Assembly: GCA_963674705.1 (NCBI GenBank)
Contig: OY771506.1
Location: 96,001-160,000 of the forward strand
Direction: 5' to 3'
Length of the DNA stretch: 64,000 nucleotides
Source: Phycisphaeraceae bacterium
GTDB lineage: Bacteria > Planctomycetota > Phycisphaerae > Phycisphaerales > Phycisphaeraceae
Position 1 is the first letter of the stretch, and each line of letters starts with the position of its first letter. Below are positions 10,648 to 20,575 of the stretch, piece by piece. The notes beneath the pieces are model-generated. The model saw nothing but the letters and a program-made list of their open reading frames with translations. It made no database searches and was not told the DNA's origin. Position numbers and translations under genes: made by a program.

Positions 10648-11979
10648 CTACTCGTCGCGCCACCATTCCAGAACAGAAACCGGTGTCGCCGCTGCGTCGC
10701 TCAGGCCCTCCGAATCCGCCTGCTCGACCTGCTGTAGATAGATGTGCAGTTTACCCGTTTCACGCCACAACACACGGTCGTAACTCGGTTCCCATAATCC
10801 CACCGATTCCTCGGTCAGGTCCGTCAATGCCCACTTCTTCGAAGCAACATCTTCACACGACGCCAGCGTCACCTTGCTGCCGCGCTCCTGGTCGCGATAC
10901 ACCACGTAGACCTGCGCCCCATCTTCACCATCTTTCACCGCAACCTGCGGCCGCGAGATCGGGATGCGCTTCGTCCCCCCGCCGCTCAAGCTGAACGCCT
11001 GCGTGCGGTTGCCGACCTTCTGATGCGACCACTTCTTCCCATCATGGCCGATCAACCAGAACTGCGGCACATTGGAGCCCTCCGGACGGAAGTACGTCGC
11101 GATATAAGGATGCCCCTGTGCATCGGCCGCGATCGATGTCTGGTTTATCAATTCGTGCTTCTGCGGGATGCGCATCGCATACTCACACGTGATTGCGTTG
11201 ATCGGGATCGCATAAGGTTCACCCTTACTGTTTACCCACGTCTGGCCGCCATCATCGCTGCGTGCATATGCCATGTCGTGATTGGTCGCTACGTCCCACG
11301 TCTCGCGCCAGACCCACGCCACGTGCACCGAGCCCTTGGCATCCACAGTCGCCTGCCAGTACGCGTTGCGCTGGCCCTGACCGTCGATCAATACATCGTG
11401 CAGCCGCTGCCAGGTCTGCGACGCCGGGTCGTATCGGTTGATTACCAGGTTGCCGTTGCCCGACGAGCCGTCGCGATACATGAATAGCAGCCGGCCGTCC
11501 GGCAGGTTAAAGAACTGCGGGTACGTCACCTTTTCTTCTGACGCCCCGATCATCACCTGCTTCTCACCCAGCTCAAGCGAGTTGGGCTTGGTGGATTTTG
11601 CGTACCGCAGCGGGTGGCCGTGATGATCCCAGGCGATGTGCAGGTAGCCTTCGCCATCGATCCCGATATTGATCCCGTTGTGTGCGTCCGCCGCGTGCCC
11701 GGTGTATTGCGTGACATGGATCGTCCAGTCATCCGTGCCCAGCTTTCGGCTGGCCAGGACTACGCGCTGCTGGTCGTCGTAATAGCCGACTACCTGTGTG
11801 CCATCATGCGTGGTCACCGAGTTCTGTCGAAAGATCGTGGCGTTGACCGAATTCCGCGCCCAGCCGTCGGCCGCGACCTGCGAGATATGCGTGTCCGCCA
11901 CTGCGCCAGCCGTCACGCAACCCATGCCGACGCCCCATATCGCCAGTGCCGCCAACCATCGCAGGGAGAATATGCGCAT
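10648..11979 (-). CDS. Secreted BNR_4 beta-propeller protein, PL42/GH145-like (candidate rhamnose-glucuronate lyase or rhamnosidase)
   Basis: Signal peptide, GWARNSVNATIFRQNSV, DAHNGINIGIDGEGYLHIAWDHH, VTYPQF..YRDG.SGNG, Asp-box SDDGGQTW. The BNR_4 call is firm; the PL42 assignment rests on recalled similarity and gene context. Confidence 0.7.
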   Translation of the reverse strand: MRIFSLRWLAALAIWGVGMGCVTAGAVADTHISQVAADGWARNSVNATIFRQNSVTTHDGTQVVGYYDDQQRVVLASRKLGTDDWTIHVTQYTGHAADAHNGINIGIDGEGYLHIAWDHHGHPLRYAKSTKPNSLELGEKQVMIGASEEKVTYPQFFNLPDGRLLFMYRDGSSGNGNLVINRYDPASQTWQRLHDVLIDGQGQRNAYWQATVDAKGSVHVAWVWRETWDVATNHDMAYARSDDGGQTWVNSKGEPYAIPINAITCEYAMRIPQKHELINQTSIAADAQGHPYIATYFRPEGSNVPQFWLIGHDGKKWSHQKVGNRTQAFSLSGGGTKRIPISRPQVAVKDGEDGAQVYVVYRDQERGSKVTLASCEDVASKKWALTDLTEESVGLWEPSYDRVLWRETGKLHIYLQQVEQADSEGLSDAAATPVSVLEWWRDE

Positions 11980-12674
11980 GTCCTGATCCTAATCCGATCG
12001 GTGTTGTGGTGCCAGAGGTCCACACGGATACGCCAGAAGGCCGACTCACAGCATGTCCCGGAGATGTATTCCAAGTGGCCGTCCGTAACAATTACGTAAG
12101 TTGGGACAATGTAACACAAGCATTGCAGAAATGCAATTACAATCACAGTATGCAAAGTAACTTCTTTTCTCAGGACGGGACCAGCCAACCCGCTGGCACT
12201 AAATGACCAGCCGATCATTAATTTCATAAATTCATATTAATTAGGTGTTTATTTAATTAAATCGCCGTCCGCACCGCTATGGTGATAAAAATTGTTAGTA
12301 TCTGTTAATTATTTATTTATAAATTATAATGGCTCTCACCTTGCAATTATCCTCGCCGGTGCCTGTTAACTGGGGCAATTCCCAAAATGATGAAATGTAA
12401 CGAATGAACCAAAACAGGAAATATATTCTTGACTCATTACCGGTATTGGATTAATATTACATCAGTAGCGGCCCGCAGCGATGTAAAATCAAATGCATCC
12501 CCCGCACTGTCAAAACCTGGAGGAAGAGAAGGCGAACACCATTCTGGAATTTACATCACGGCTAAGCGCCGTTTATATGAGTTAGCTTTTGTTGATTTGA
12601 AGGTGACCATTCTTCGGTCCACAGATGTCTTTAATCGCTCTTAGTCATCTTAACCCTTTTGGAGGAGAGAATAC

Positions 12675-13484
12675 ATGAAGACCAGTACGAAATTAAGCCT
12701 CGTTTGCAGCATGGCTGTGGGCTTGGCAGGCGCCGCCCAGTCACAGGCTGCGTTTACGCTGCTCGACAACTTCGACAGCTACGACACCTCGACCCAAACC
12801 CTCACGACCCCCGTGACCGGCGGCGTCTGGACCTCGGTGTTCGATGGCACAAACAACTCACACGTCGAAGTCACCGATAAAGGCCAGTCCCTGGCGACCT
12901 ACGGCGGCGCTCCCTGGCGCGGCGCTGAAAGAGACCTGACCGGTACTGACGCGGCCATCCTCGTCGATGAAGTCCAGACCTACTTCTGGCAGGTCTATGC
13001 CGATGCAACCGGCGGCGGCGGGTACGACTTCATGATGGGTCTTTCCCCCAGCATCGACGACATCAACACCAACGACGCCTGGCAGGACTTCAGCGTCATG
13101 CCCTTCGTCAACAACGCCGCCAGCACGCCTTACATCAACGCCGATGCCCCGACCAGCCCCTGGTGGGCGCCGATGGATCCCAATTCGTGGTACAACGTCT
13201 GGCTCGTTATCGACAATGACGCGGCCGACCCGACCTTCGACCTGTACTACTCGGCAGGCTCCGACGCCCCCACCCTCGTCGCCGGCGACGCCAACTGGCG
13301 TAACTTCGCAGCAGGTGTCGACCTCAACGCGATCGGGTTCATGGCCGCAGGCGGCGCCGATAGCCGAATCCTCATCGACAACATCTACTACGCCGCAGGC
13401 GAAGACCTGTCCAACCCCGTACCCGAACCGGCCTCCCTGGTTCTGATGGGCCTGGGCGCGATGGCGATCTTCCGCCGCAAGTAA
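12675..13484 (+). CDS. Small PEP-CTERM surface protein consisting of a single copy of the ~220-aa module shared by the large array proteins
   Basis: Strong RBS GGAGG, signal peptide, LLDNFDSYD..WRGAERDL..TYFWQV..AWQDFSVMPFV..WYNVWLVIDN, and C-terminal VPEP-TM-RRK. Confidence 0.88.
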   Translation: MKTSTKLSLVCSMAVGLAGAAQSQAAFTLLDNFDSYDTSTQTLTTPVTGGVWTSVFDGTNNSHVEVTDKGQSLATYGGAPWRGAERDLTGTDAAILVDEVQTYFWQVYADATGGGGYDFMMGLSPSIDDINTNDAWQDFSVMPFVNNAASTPYINADAPTSPWWAPMDPNSWYNVWLVIDNDAADPTFDLYYSAGSDAPTLVAGDANWRNFAAGVDLNAIGFMAAGGADSRILIDNIYYAAGEDLSNPVPEPASLVLMGLGAMAIFRRK

Positions 13485-13512
13485 ATCTCTATTACAAACC
13501 TCTGAACCAACC

Positions 13513-13550
13513 ACACTCGACGGCCCAACCGCCGTCGAGTGTTTTTATTT
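13513..13550 (+). terminator. Rho-independent terminator
   Basis: Stem ACACTCGACGGC / GCCGTCGAGTGT followed by a T-rich run, just after the 12675-13484 gene. Confidence 0.8.
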
Positions 13551-14410
13551 GCCCCTGATCGTTCGCATCCTCCTGTTCTTGTCATACGTGTTCACTGCGC
13601 CCAAAGCCCCGGCCGTACGACTTATTGCATGAAATACGCTCATGATTTCACTAAATACGACTATTCGTATATAGCCTTTTTACCTGGTGCAAATACGACG
13701 AATATCGTCCGGCTCAAGCTGTTGAATGAGCTATCCCCCACCACATGAGCCGCCGTGCTGCAAGCGATACATGTACGACTTGCCCGACAATCATTAATTG
13801 TTTAAATTATTTATTAACAATTATTTATGCTTAAACAAAACCAAACAACCGCCCTTCCCTGACCCCCAAAATTCTACAACGCCCCCTCAATTCCGCCAAG
13901 GATTCGATAGAGCACCACATGCCGATGGATCTTGGCCACAATACCGCTTGCAATGCAATGAAATGTATGATTACGGTTGTATTTTGTCTTGACTGCAACA
14001 CCAATTACAATATACTTACATTAGGTGTTCATGGCGTATTCAGGTGTTATCTGAGATAGACCGCCAACGCCTGACCGCTTGGAGCCACAGGCTTAGGACG
14101 CAGGGCGATGTGAAGTGTTGGATCAGGCTCAGTCTAGGCCGGTTCCAAACCGCTCGCGGACGGACAGATTAACCAGGTCAGTGGGAGCACAGACAGACAA
14201 ACACCCAAACGCGGCCTAGAGTTGAATGTCGGGCGTAATCTGATCGATCTTGTCTTACGTGCGACATAACCGGGCGTTTGAGTTCAATAACTGTCTGCCA
14301 CTGAGCATTCTGGATGAGAATGTTTCGTTCATATGGTCTGCGATCACTCGATCTCGGGCCGACACACGGATGATAAAAAACCGAAGCACGCCGCACTTGG
14401 AGATAATCGC

Positions 14411-15283
14411 ATGCGTCGCAAAGCATTCACCCTGATCGAACTTCTGGTCGTGATCTCCATCATCGCGCTATTGGTAGGCATCCTCCTCCCGGCCCTGGGT
14501 GCGGCCCGCTCCAGCGCACGATCCGCCAAGTGCCTGAGCAACGTACGCCAGATGGCCACCGCCAACGCCGCGCGTGCGACGGATAACAATTACGACAATC
14601 CCGGTTACCGTGAGGGAGGAACACAAAACAACATCTGGGTTGTCCAACTTCTTGACTATGGCTTCCAACTTGAAATGAAGCTCTGCCCGGATGCTGATGC
14701 CGTGGATTATGACAACTCCAGACTGAACGCAGGTTCGGGGCGCCGCGTCGGAGCTGCAAACAATGCTTGGGAAGAATCCGATGCACAGATTGCCGCGTCC
14801 GAATTAACCCAAGCCGAACTCGATCAAGTCAGATCCGCAAGCTACGCCATCAACGGATGGAATTACGACACATCCAAGACACCGTCAGGATACCTGGGAT
14901 ATATTGGTTTGAACGTAACCGCCGCAAAAGAACTCTGCTTCCCCAAAGCAGATTCCATGAAAAATCCATCTCAAACGCCTATTTATGGCGATTGTGTCTG
15001 GAGAAACTCATGGCCGCATGATAATACCGCCGGCCTCACCGCCGATACCGGAGCCACAAACGCTCTCATCCCATGGACGACAAGTAATTCCAGCCCCTCC
15101 GGCCTCATGCAATGGCAGATGCGTCGCCACCCCGGTGATAATATCAACCTCACATTCAACGACGGTCACGCCTCCAGCGTACACGTCGACGATCTGGATG
15201 ATCTATCCTGGCATAAAAAATGGAACACCGACATCGAAATCAATAACAAATGGGGCGGCGGCTCCTCCATCCCGTCCAGATGA
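14411..15283 (+). CDS. Prepilin-type N-terminal cleavage/methylation protein (DUF1559 / H-X9-DG-like)
   Basis: [30 protein letters not shown]...CLSNVRQ and C-terminal [16 protein letters not shown]. Start set at MRRKAF. Confidence 0.9.
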   Translation: MRRKAFTLIELLVVISIIALLVGILLPALGAARSSARSAKCLSNVRQMATANAARATDNNYDNPGYREGGTQNNIWVVQLLDYGFQLEMKLCPDADAVDYDNSRLNAGSGRRVGAANNAWEESDAQIAASELTQAELDQVRSASYAINGWNYDTSKTPSGYLGYIGLNVTAAKELCFPKADSMKNPSQTPIYGDCVWRNSWPHDNTAGLTADTGATNALIPWTTSNSSPSGLMQWQMRRHPGDNINLTFNDGHASSVHVDDLDDLSWHKKWNTDIEINNKWGGGSSIPSR

Positions 15284-15685
15284 TCCCTTGCATCCCCTGA
15301 TCGTTTGAACTCAAACGACCAATAACAAAAAAATGCATACCCTCCTCCAAGGTAAACAGGTACATGGCTCAGCGTCATGTGCCTGTTTTCGTTACAGCCA
15401 CGGGCGTGCTCAATTACATTCCTTGACGCGGCAACAACCCGTATACCATCAAGTTACAAACGGTTTGCATTGTCGCATCCTTCTCCCACCCGAGAAAACA
15501 GGCAATACAACACCATGGTGCAACACGGAGCATATTGCCACGCCATCCGGCCCGCGTGTTCGATATACTTGCCGCAAATACCCTGTGCCCTACATAAACA
15601 TTGGCGTAAGCATCGGATACAAGTAGAATAAACTCGGCGATCAAAACACGTCGACCATTTTAAGAGCCGTAACAGGAGCTAAGAC

Positions 15686-16231
15686 ATGTCTAAGGAACCG
15701 CTCGATTTGCGCGAACCCTACTTCAACACGCTCCGGGATGAGATCAAGGCCACCAAAGCCAGGATCTTCACACTACTGCTTGCCGGTCTCGTCGGCTCGC
15801 CGATCCTGACCTACTTCGTTGTAAACAGCAGTTCATATATCTTTAAACTCGTCGCCCCGCTGCTGGTGTTGCTCGTACTCGTGCTCTACCTCTCCGAACA
15901 GACCATGCTCATGCGCGCCGCACAGTACATCCGCAAGCATGTGGAATCCGACGACGCCGACTGGGAGCGATGGGTCGGCAGCTTCAAGCTCCGCTCCGCA
16001 GAACGCCAACTCTTCGGCATGTTCATCATCGTCGGCCTGTTCCTGTTCACCATCCTTACCATGATCGCCATGAAAGAACTCAAAACGATTGAATACAATC
16101 GCTTCAGCGCCTTCAGCTATGAGTACTTCTTCTGGAAGTACGGCGTGATGGCGTTCTATTGCATCGCCACCGTATGGGCACTGGGTACCCTGGCTCGCTT
16201 CTGGCACGCCGCCACCAGCACGGATGAATAA
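15686..16231 (+). CDS. Hypothetical 4-TM membrane protein (paralog 1)
   Basis: RBS AGGAG, four hydrophobic segments, and high similarity to the next gene. Confidence 0.8.
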   Translation: MSKEPLDLREPYFNTLRDEIKATKARIFTLLLAGLVGSPILTYFVVNSSSYIFKLVAPLLVLLVLVLYLSEQTMLMRAAQYIRKHVESDDADWERWVGSFKLRSAERQLFGMFIIVGLFLFTILTMIAMKELKTIEYNRFSAFSYEYFFWKYGVMAFYCIATVWALGTLARFWHAATSTDE

Positions 16232-16292
16232 GCAGACACAACCATCCTCATGCGCATCGAACAATCAACCAGTAACATCCTGGAAGTCAGCC

Positions 16293-16850
16293 ATGACAAA
16301 AGATCCCCTCGATCTGCGTAAGGATTACTTCGCAACGTTGCGAGATGAAATCAAAGCGACCAAGGCTCGCATCTTCGTGCTGCTCATGACCGGGATCATC
16401 GGCGCACCGGTCCTCACCTACTGCGTCGCCAGCACCGACTACCACATCCTAAAGATGGTCGCACCCCTGGTCCTCCTGCTCTTGCTCGTGCTGTACCTGT
16501 CGGAACAGACCATGCTCATGCGCGCCGCGCAATACATCCGCAAACACGTTGAAACCGACGATACCGATTGGGAACACTGGGTCGGCAGCTTCCATCTCCG
16601 CTCCACCGAACGCCAGCTATTCGCCATGTTTATCGTCGTCGGCCTGTTCCTGTTCACGATCCTGACCATGATCGCCATGAAAGAACTGCGGCAGATCAGC
16701 GATGACTACCCGGGCATCCAGTTCAACAGCTTCTTCAATATCTACTTCTGGAAGTACGGCGTGATGGGCTTCTATATCCTCGCCACCATCTGGGCGCTGG
16801 CAACCCTCGCTCGCTTCTGGCACACCGCCGTTGACACCCACGCCAACTGA
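16293..16850 (+). CDS. Hypothetical 4-TM membrane protein (paralog 2)
   Basis: MTKDPLDLRKDYFATLRDEIKATKARIF aligns to paralog 1 from its start, so the start is set at 16293. Confidence 0.8.
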   Translation: MTKDPLDLRKDYFATLRDEIKATKARIFVLLMTGIIGAPVLTYCVASTDYHILKMVAPLVLLLLLVLYLSEQTMLMRAAQYIRKHVETDDTDWEHWVGSFHLRSTERQLFAMFIVVGLFLFTILTMIAMKELRQISDDYPGIQFNSFFNIYFWKYGVMGFYILATIWALATLARFWHTAVDTHAN

Positions 16851-16916
16851 CATATGTATATAGATTGTTGAATCCCAGGCGAGGACCGCTTCAGCGGTCC
16901 GGCTCCAACACCCCGC

Positions 16917-19900
16917 TCACCGCTTCATCAACAACATCAACGCGCCACCCATTACCGCCGCTGTCCCCGGCTCGGGGATGTTCGCTTGTTCACTCGGCGG
17001 CGTGCCCGCGTTCCAGTTACCCAGCACGATGTCAAGATCATCAAGGCCGACATACCCGTCGCCCGACGGATCGCCATGCGACCAGTCCCCGGCTGTGACA
17101 TTCTGATTCCAATTGCCGAGCACGATGTCAAGATCATCAAGGCCGACAAAACCGTCGCCGTTCAGATCGCCAGGCAGTGCATCGGTCACTTCAATCACGC
17201 CCAGCGTCAACAGCTTCGACGTATCCCAGAACAAACCCGTATCAAGCATCGGCAATACCAGAACATCGAACTCACCGGTCGCCGAGGTAAAGTCGAGCAG
17301 GTCGAAAGAGTCACCCGCCGCCAGTGCCGGCGCCGATGCATCGAGTACGACCTCAAACGTTCCCGCCGCGCTGAAGCTGCCGCCAACTATCAGCTTATCG
17401 TGAGCTGATGCAGCAACCACATCCAGCGTCAACGTGACATCCGTCTGCATCTGGAAGTCACCATCAACGGTCAGCGTTTCCCCGCCGTCTAATATCTCGA
17501 TACCGTTCCAGTCGTTCACAAGCGGGTTGGTCGTATTCACGCCGCTTGTGACATAAAGATTGTCAAGCAGGACCGTGTTCCACTTGTTCGTACCCTGCAC
17601 AAAACCAAACGCCTCTAGCGCCCCGGCCCCCAGGCTGTTGCGGTACGTCGCATCGTCCGCGCCGAGCACACCGTCAGCCGTACCTGTCGATGTATACACA
17701 TCCACCAGCTTGCTTGCGTTGTCGACCACGAGCCAGACGTTGTACCAGGTATCCAGCGTGGCGTTCGAGATGATTTCGATATCCGCCTGCCCTTCCTTGG
17801 AGATCTTAAGGTCAGCCGTACCGTCCGCGTTGCCGATAAAGAATGGCATCACCGCAAAGTCCTGCCAGGCGTTATTCATGTCGATGGTATCGACGCTGTC
17901 GGTCAAACCGAACATGCAGTCGAATCCTGACACGCTGCCTTCGACGTTGCTCGTCGGGTTGAACTGGAAGAAGTACGTCGCGGTTTCGCCGTCGGCCAGG
18001 CTGTAGTCTTTATCGAAGCTGCTGCCCAGATCGGTCTTCATCCCGCGCCAGCCGTTATCGACGCCGAAGATCTCCGCCGCCTGATTGCTGCCGCTTTCAT
18101 CAACAATCCGCGCCGCACCTGTCCCGTCAAACACACCGACCCACACATCGCCGGTCAGGTTGTTCGGCGTCGACCCCAGGTTAGTCGTACTGCTGTTGTC
18201 ATAACCATCAAAATTATCGATCAATCCATTGATCTTAATCGCCGATTCAATCCCCGCTGCGCCGACCCGCACCGTGCCGTTCTGTGCATGCACGCTGCCG
18301 GTGATATGACCCGCACCCGCGATCAACGACCCGCTCTGCACAGTCACATCACCGTTCATTGAGTTCGACGAATTCACATTAACCGTCGAACCATTTGCCG
18401 CAACAATGTCGCCATTCACATCGCCGTCAATCGTCAGTGTCTGGCCATCCAGCGTGTACGACCCGCCGGCCGCCGCGGTGACGTCAAGCGTCGCACCGCT
18501 GTGCACATTGATGTTCGGCGAGTTGCTGATTGTCGCGTTACCGCTAAGCGCCAGCGTACCCTTGGCGATCATCGTGTCGCCGGTGTACGTGTTCGCGCCG
18601 TTGGCGAGTGTCACCGTCCCCCCGCCGATCACGCGCAGCTTCCCGCTGCCGCCGAAGCCCGCGCCCGTGATGGTGTAATCATTGGCCGAGTTATTAAACG
18701 CTACACCGTTCGGCGTCACCGTGCTCTGGACATCCACCGTAAAAGAACTTGCCGTATCATCAAACGCGACCTCCGCGCCATTCATAAAGACATCCGTCAC
18801 ATCCCCGCCGCTGTCCCAGTTGGCGGTGTTGTTGATATCCCAATGCGTCGCGCTGCCCGCATCACCACGCCAAAGCAAACTCTTGGCATCGGTCGCATCA
18901 AACGTGATGCCGACCACCTCGGTGTTCCAGTTTGTGTACGAGTAGTAATTCCCGCGAAGCCACGCCACCGCGGTGTTCTGCCCGTTCCATTCGGGCACGA
19001 CCGGCCGAAGGTTATCAACCGTCGAGTTCTCCGTGATCGCTTCCCACGTCCACGTCGCACCGAAGTCGGCCGTCACACCCTTGTAGAGTTCGTACTTGCT
19101 TGTCCCCGTGTCCGTGCGCGGGTCGATATCCGAAGACATGTACACCACGTTCGGGTTGCTCGGGTCGATCGACACCAGCCCGGTGTAATCATCTTCCGAG
19201 CTATACAGATACCCGCCCGCCAGCGCCATCTCGTTCACCTGCCAGTCCACGCCGTCAAAACGAGCATAGAAGAAGCGGTGATCCTGGTTATTGTCGTTCG
19301 CACGTGCGCTGAAGATCGCGACCGGGTTGCCCGTGTTGTCGACCTCGATGTTGATCGTCCACGCCCGGTTCATCGTCGTGCCGTTGAAGTCGGTCCCGTT
19401 CTGGAACACGGTCGTCAGCGAAGAGGGCGCAACGCCGCTGCCATCGAACACGGTATTGTCGATCACCGTGCCGTCGCTGTTATACAGCACGCCGTCCTGC
19501 ACGTAGCCCGCATAAATGCTGTTGGCGTAATTGCGAGGATGCCGGTCTGTGCTGATAAAGAAGATCTTCTCACCATCGGATGCATACTTCACGTAAGGCC
19601 GATCCCCCCCGCCGCCTTCGGTCAGTAATTTGCCCGCATAAGACCAGGTCAAACCTTCATCATAAGAAACCTGCACCGTCGGGTCGTAATTAACCGTGCG
19701 CGTGAAGTTGTAAAGCCTGCCCGAGCCGCCGTTGTCACCGCCGAGGTAGTAGATGTTGTCGTAGGTCGTGCCGGCCCCGTTGTTGATCGTCTGCTCCGCG
19801 CCCCACGATGTCGGATCATTCGCATTCGTCGACACACGGTAATAGTTGTATGCCTCCGAGCCGTGCTTTGAATACATCGCGACATATCGCCCGTCCGATC

Positions 19901-20240
19901 GGATATATAGCGCCGCCGAATCGTGATCGTCCTGCTCGAGCTGGTTGTGCAGTTCGTACTCGCCCTGCACCTGTGTATCCAAATTACGCCAGAGCAGGTC
20001 CACATCCCCGCTCTCCGAACCCGACCCGGCCGAGATCGAACTGAGCAGCAGCAACGTATTGTCCGGATCGCTGTCATCAATGATGGCCCGCTCATCCTCG
20101 TACCACGACCACACACCGTTCGGCGCCGTACTCGAGTTCGTCAGCGTGAACATATCACCATTGACAAGATCTACCTGCGCAAGAGCAGGCATAGCGGTTA
20201 CAAGTAACAACCCCGTTACGATACTGATCCGATGTTGCAT
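16917..20240 (-). CDS. Large PEP-CTERM protein 1: BNR_4-like propeller head, beta-strand repeat stalk, conserved module, dockerin-like domain
   Basis: Signal peptide, WSWYEDERA, QDDHDSAAL, Asp-box SYDEGLTW, RPYVKY; NTYTGDT repeat; GDLNGDGFVGLDDLD and GDPSGDGYVGLDDLD; IPEP-TM-KR. Confidence 0.85.
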   Translation of the reverse strand: MQHRISIVTGLLLVTAMPALAQVDLVNGDMFTLTNSSTAPNGVWSWYEDERAIIDDSDPDNTLLLLSSISAGSGSESGDVDLLWRNLDTQVQGEYELHNQLEQDDHDSAALYIRSDGRYVAMYSKHGSEAYNYYRVSTNANDPTSWGAEQTINNGAGTTYDNIYYLGGDNGGSGRLYNFTRTVNYDPTVQVSYDEGLTWSYAGKLLTEGGGGDRPYVKYASDGEKIFFISTDRHPRNYANSIYAGYVQDGVLYNSDGTVIDNTVFDGSGVAPSSLTTVFQNGTDFNGTTMNRAWTINIEVDNTGNPVAIFSARANDNNQDHRFFYARFDGVDWQVNEMALAGGYLYSSEDDYTGLVSIDPSNPNVVYMSSDIDPRTDTGTSKYELYKGVTADFGATWTWEAITENSTVDNLRPVVPEWNGQNTAVAWLRGNYYSYTNWNTEVVGITFDATDAKSLLWRGDAGSATHWDINNTANWDSGGDVTDVFMNGAEVAFDDTASSFTVDVQSTVTPNGVAFNNSANDYTITGAGFGGSGKLRVIGGGTVTLANGANTYTGDTMIAKGTLALSGNATISNSPNINVHSGATLDVTAAAGGSYTLDGQTLTIDGDVNGDIVAANGSTVNVNSSNSMNGDVTVQSGSLIAGAGHITGSVHAQNGTVRVGAAGIESAIKINGLIDNFDGYDNSSTTNLGSTPNNLTGDVWVGVFDGTGAARIVDESGSNQAAEIFGVDNGWRGMKTDLGSSFDKDYSLADGETATYFFQFNPTSNVEGSVSGFDCMFGLTDSVDTIDMNNAWQDFAVMPFFIGNADGTADLKISKEGQADIEIISNATLDTWYNVWLVVDNASKLVDVYTSTGTADGVLGADDATYRNSLGAGALEAFGFVQGTNKWNTVLLDNLYVTSGVNTTNPLVNDWNGIEILDGGETLTVDGDFQMQTDVTLTLDVVAASAHDKLIVGGSFSAAGTFEVVLDASAPALAAGDSFDLLDFTSATGEFDVLVLPMLDTGLFWDTSKLLTLGVIEVTDALPGDLNGDGFVGLDDLDIVLGNWNQNVTAGDWSHGDPSGDGYVGLDDLDIVLGNWNAGTPPSEQANIPEPGTAAVMGGALMLLMKR

Positions 20241-20575
20241 GATTTCCTTCCCACCAGGTGAAATTAAAGTTGTTTCATCTCACCATGTATTTCAATTATT
20301 CGTCCGGCCCCATCTCCCCTTGGGAGAGTGTTGGGGTGAGGGCTAGTCATTCTGTGGCCTGCATAAATACAGAACACACAATCAACCCCCGGCCCTCATC
20401 CTTGCCTTCTCCCGGGGGGACAAGGGATTATCAAAGTTTCATCTTATCTTTCGTGACAACCAATTCATCTTTCGCTTTACCGACCACACTAACGATCAAT
20501 TCTGTAAAAAACCGGCGTTCCGTCCGGCCCCCTCTCCCAAGGGGAGAGGGAGAAAACACAACTTTCCTTGCCGCA

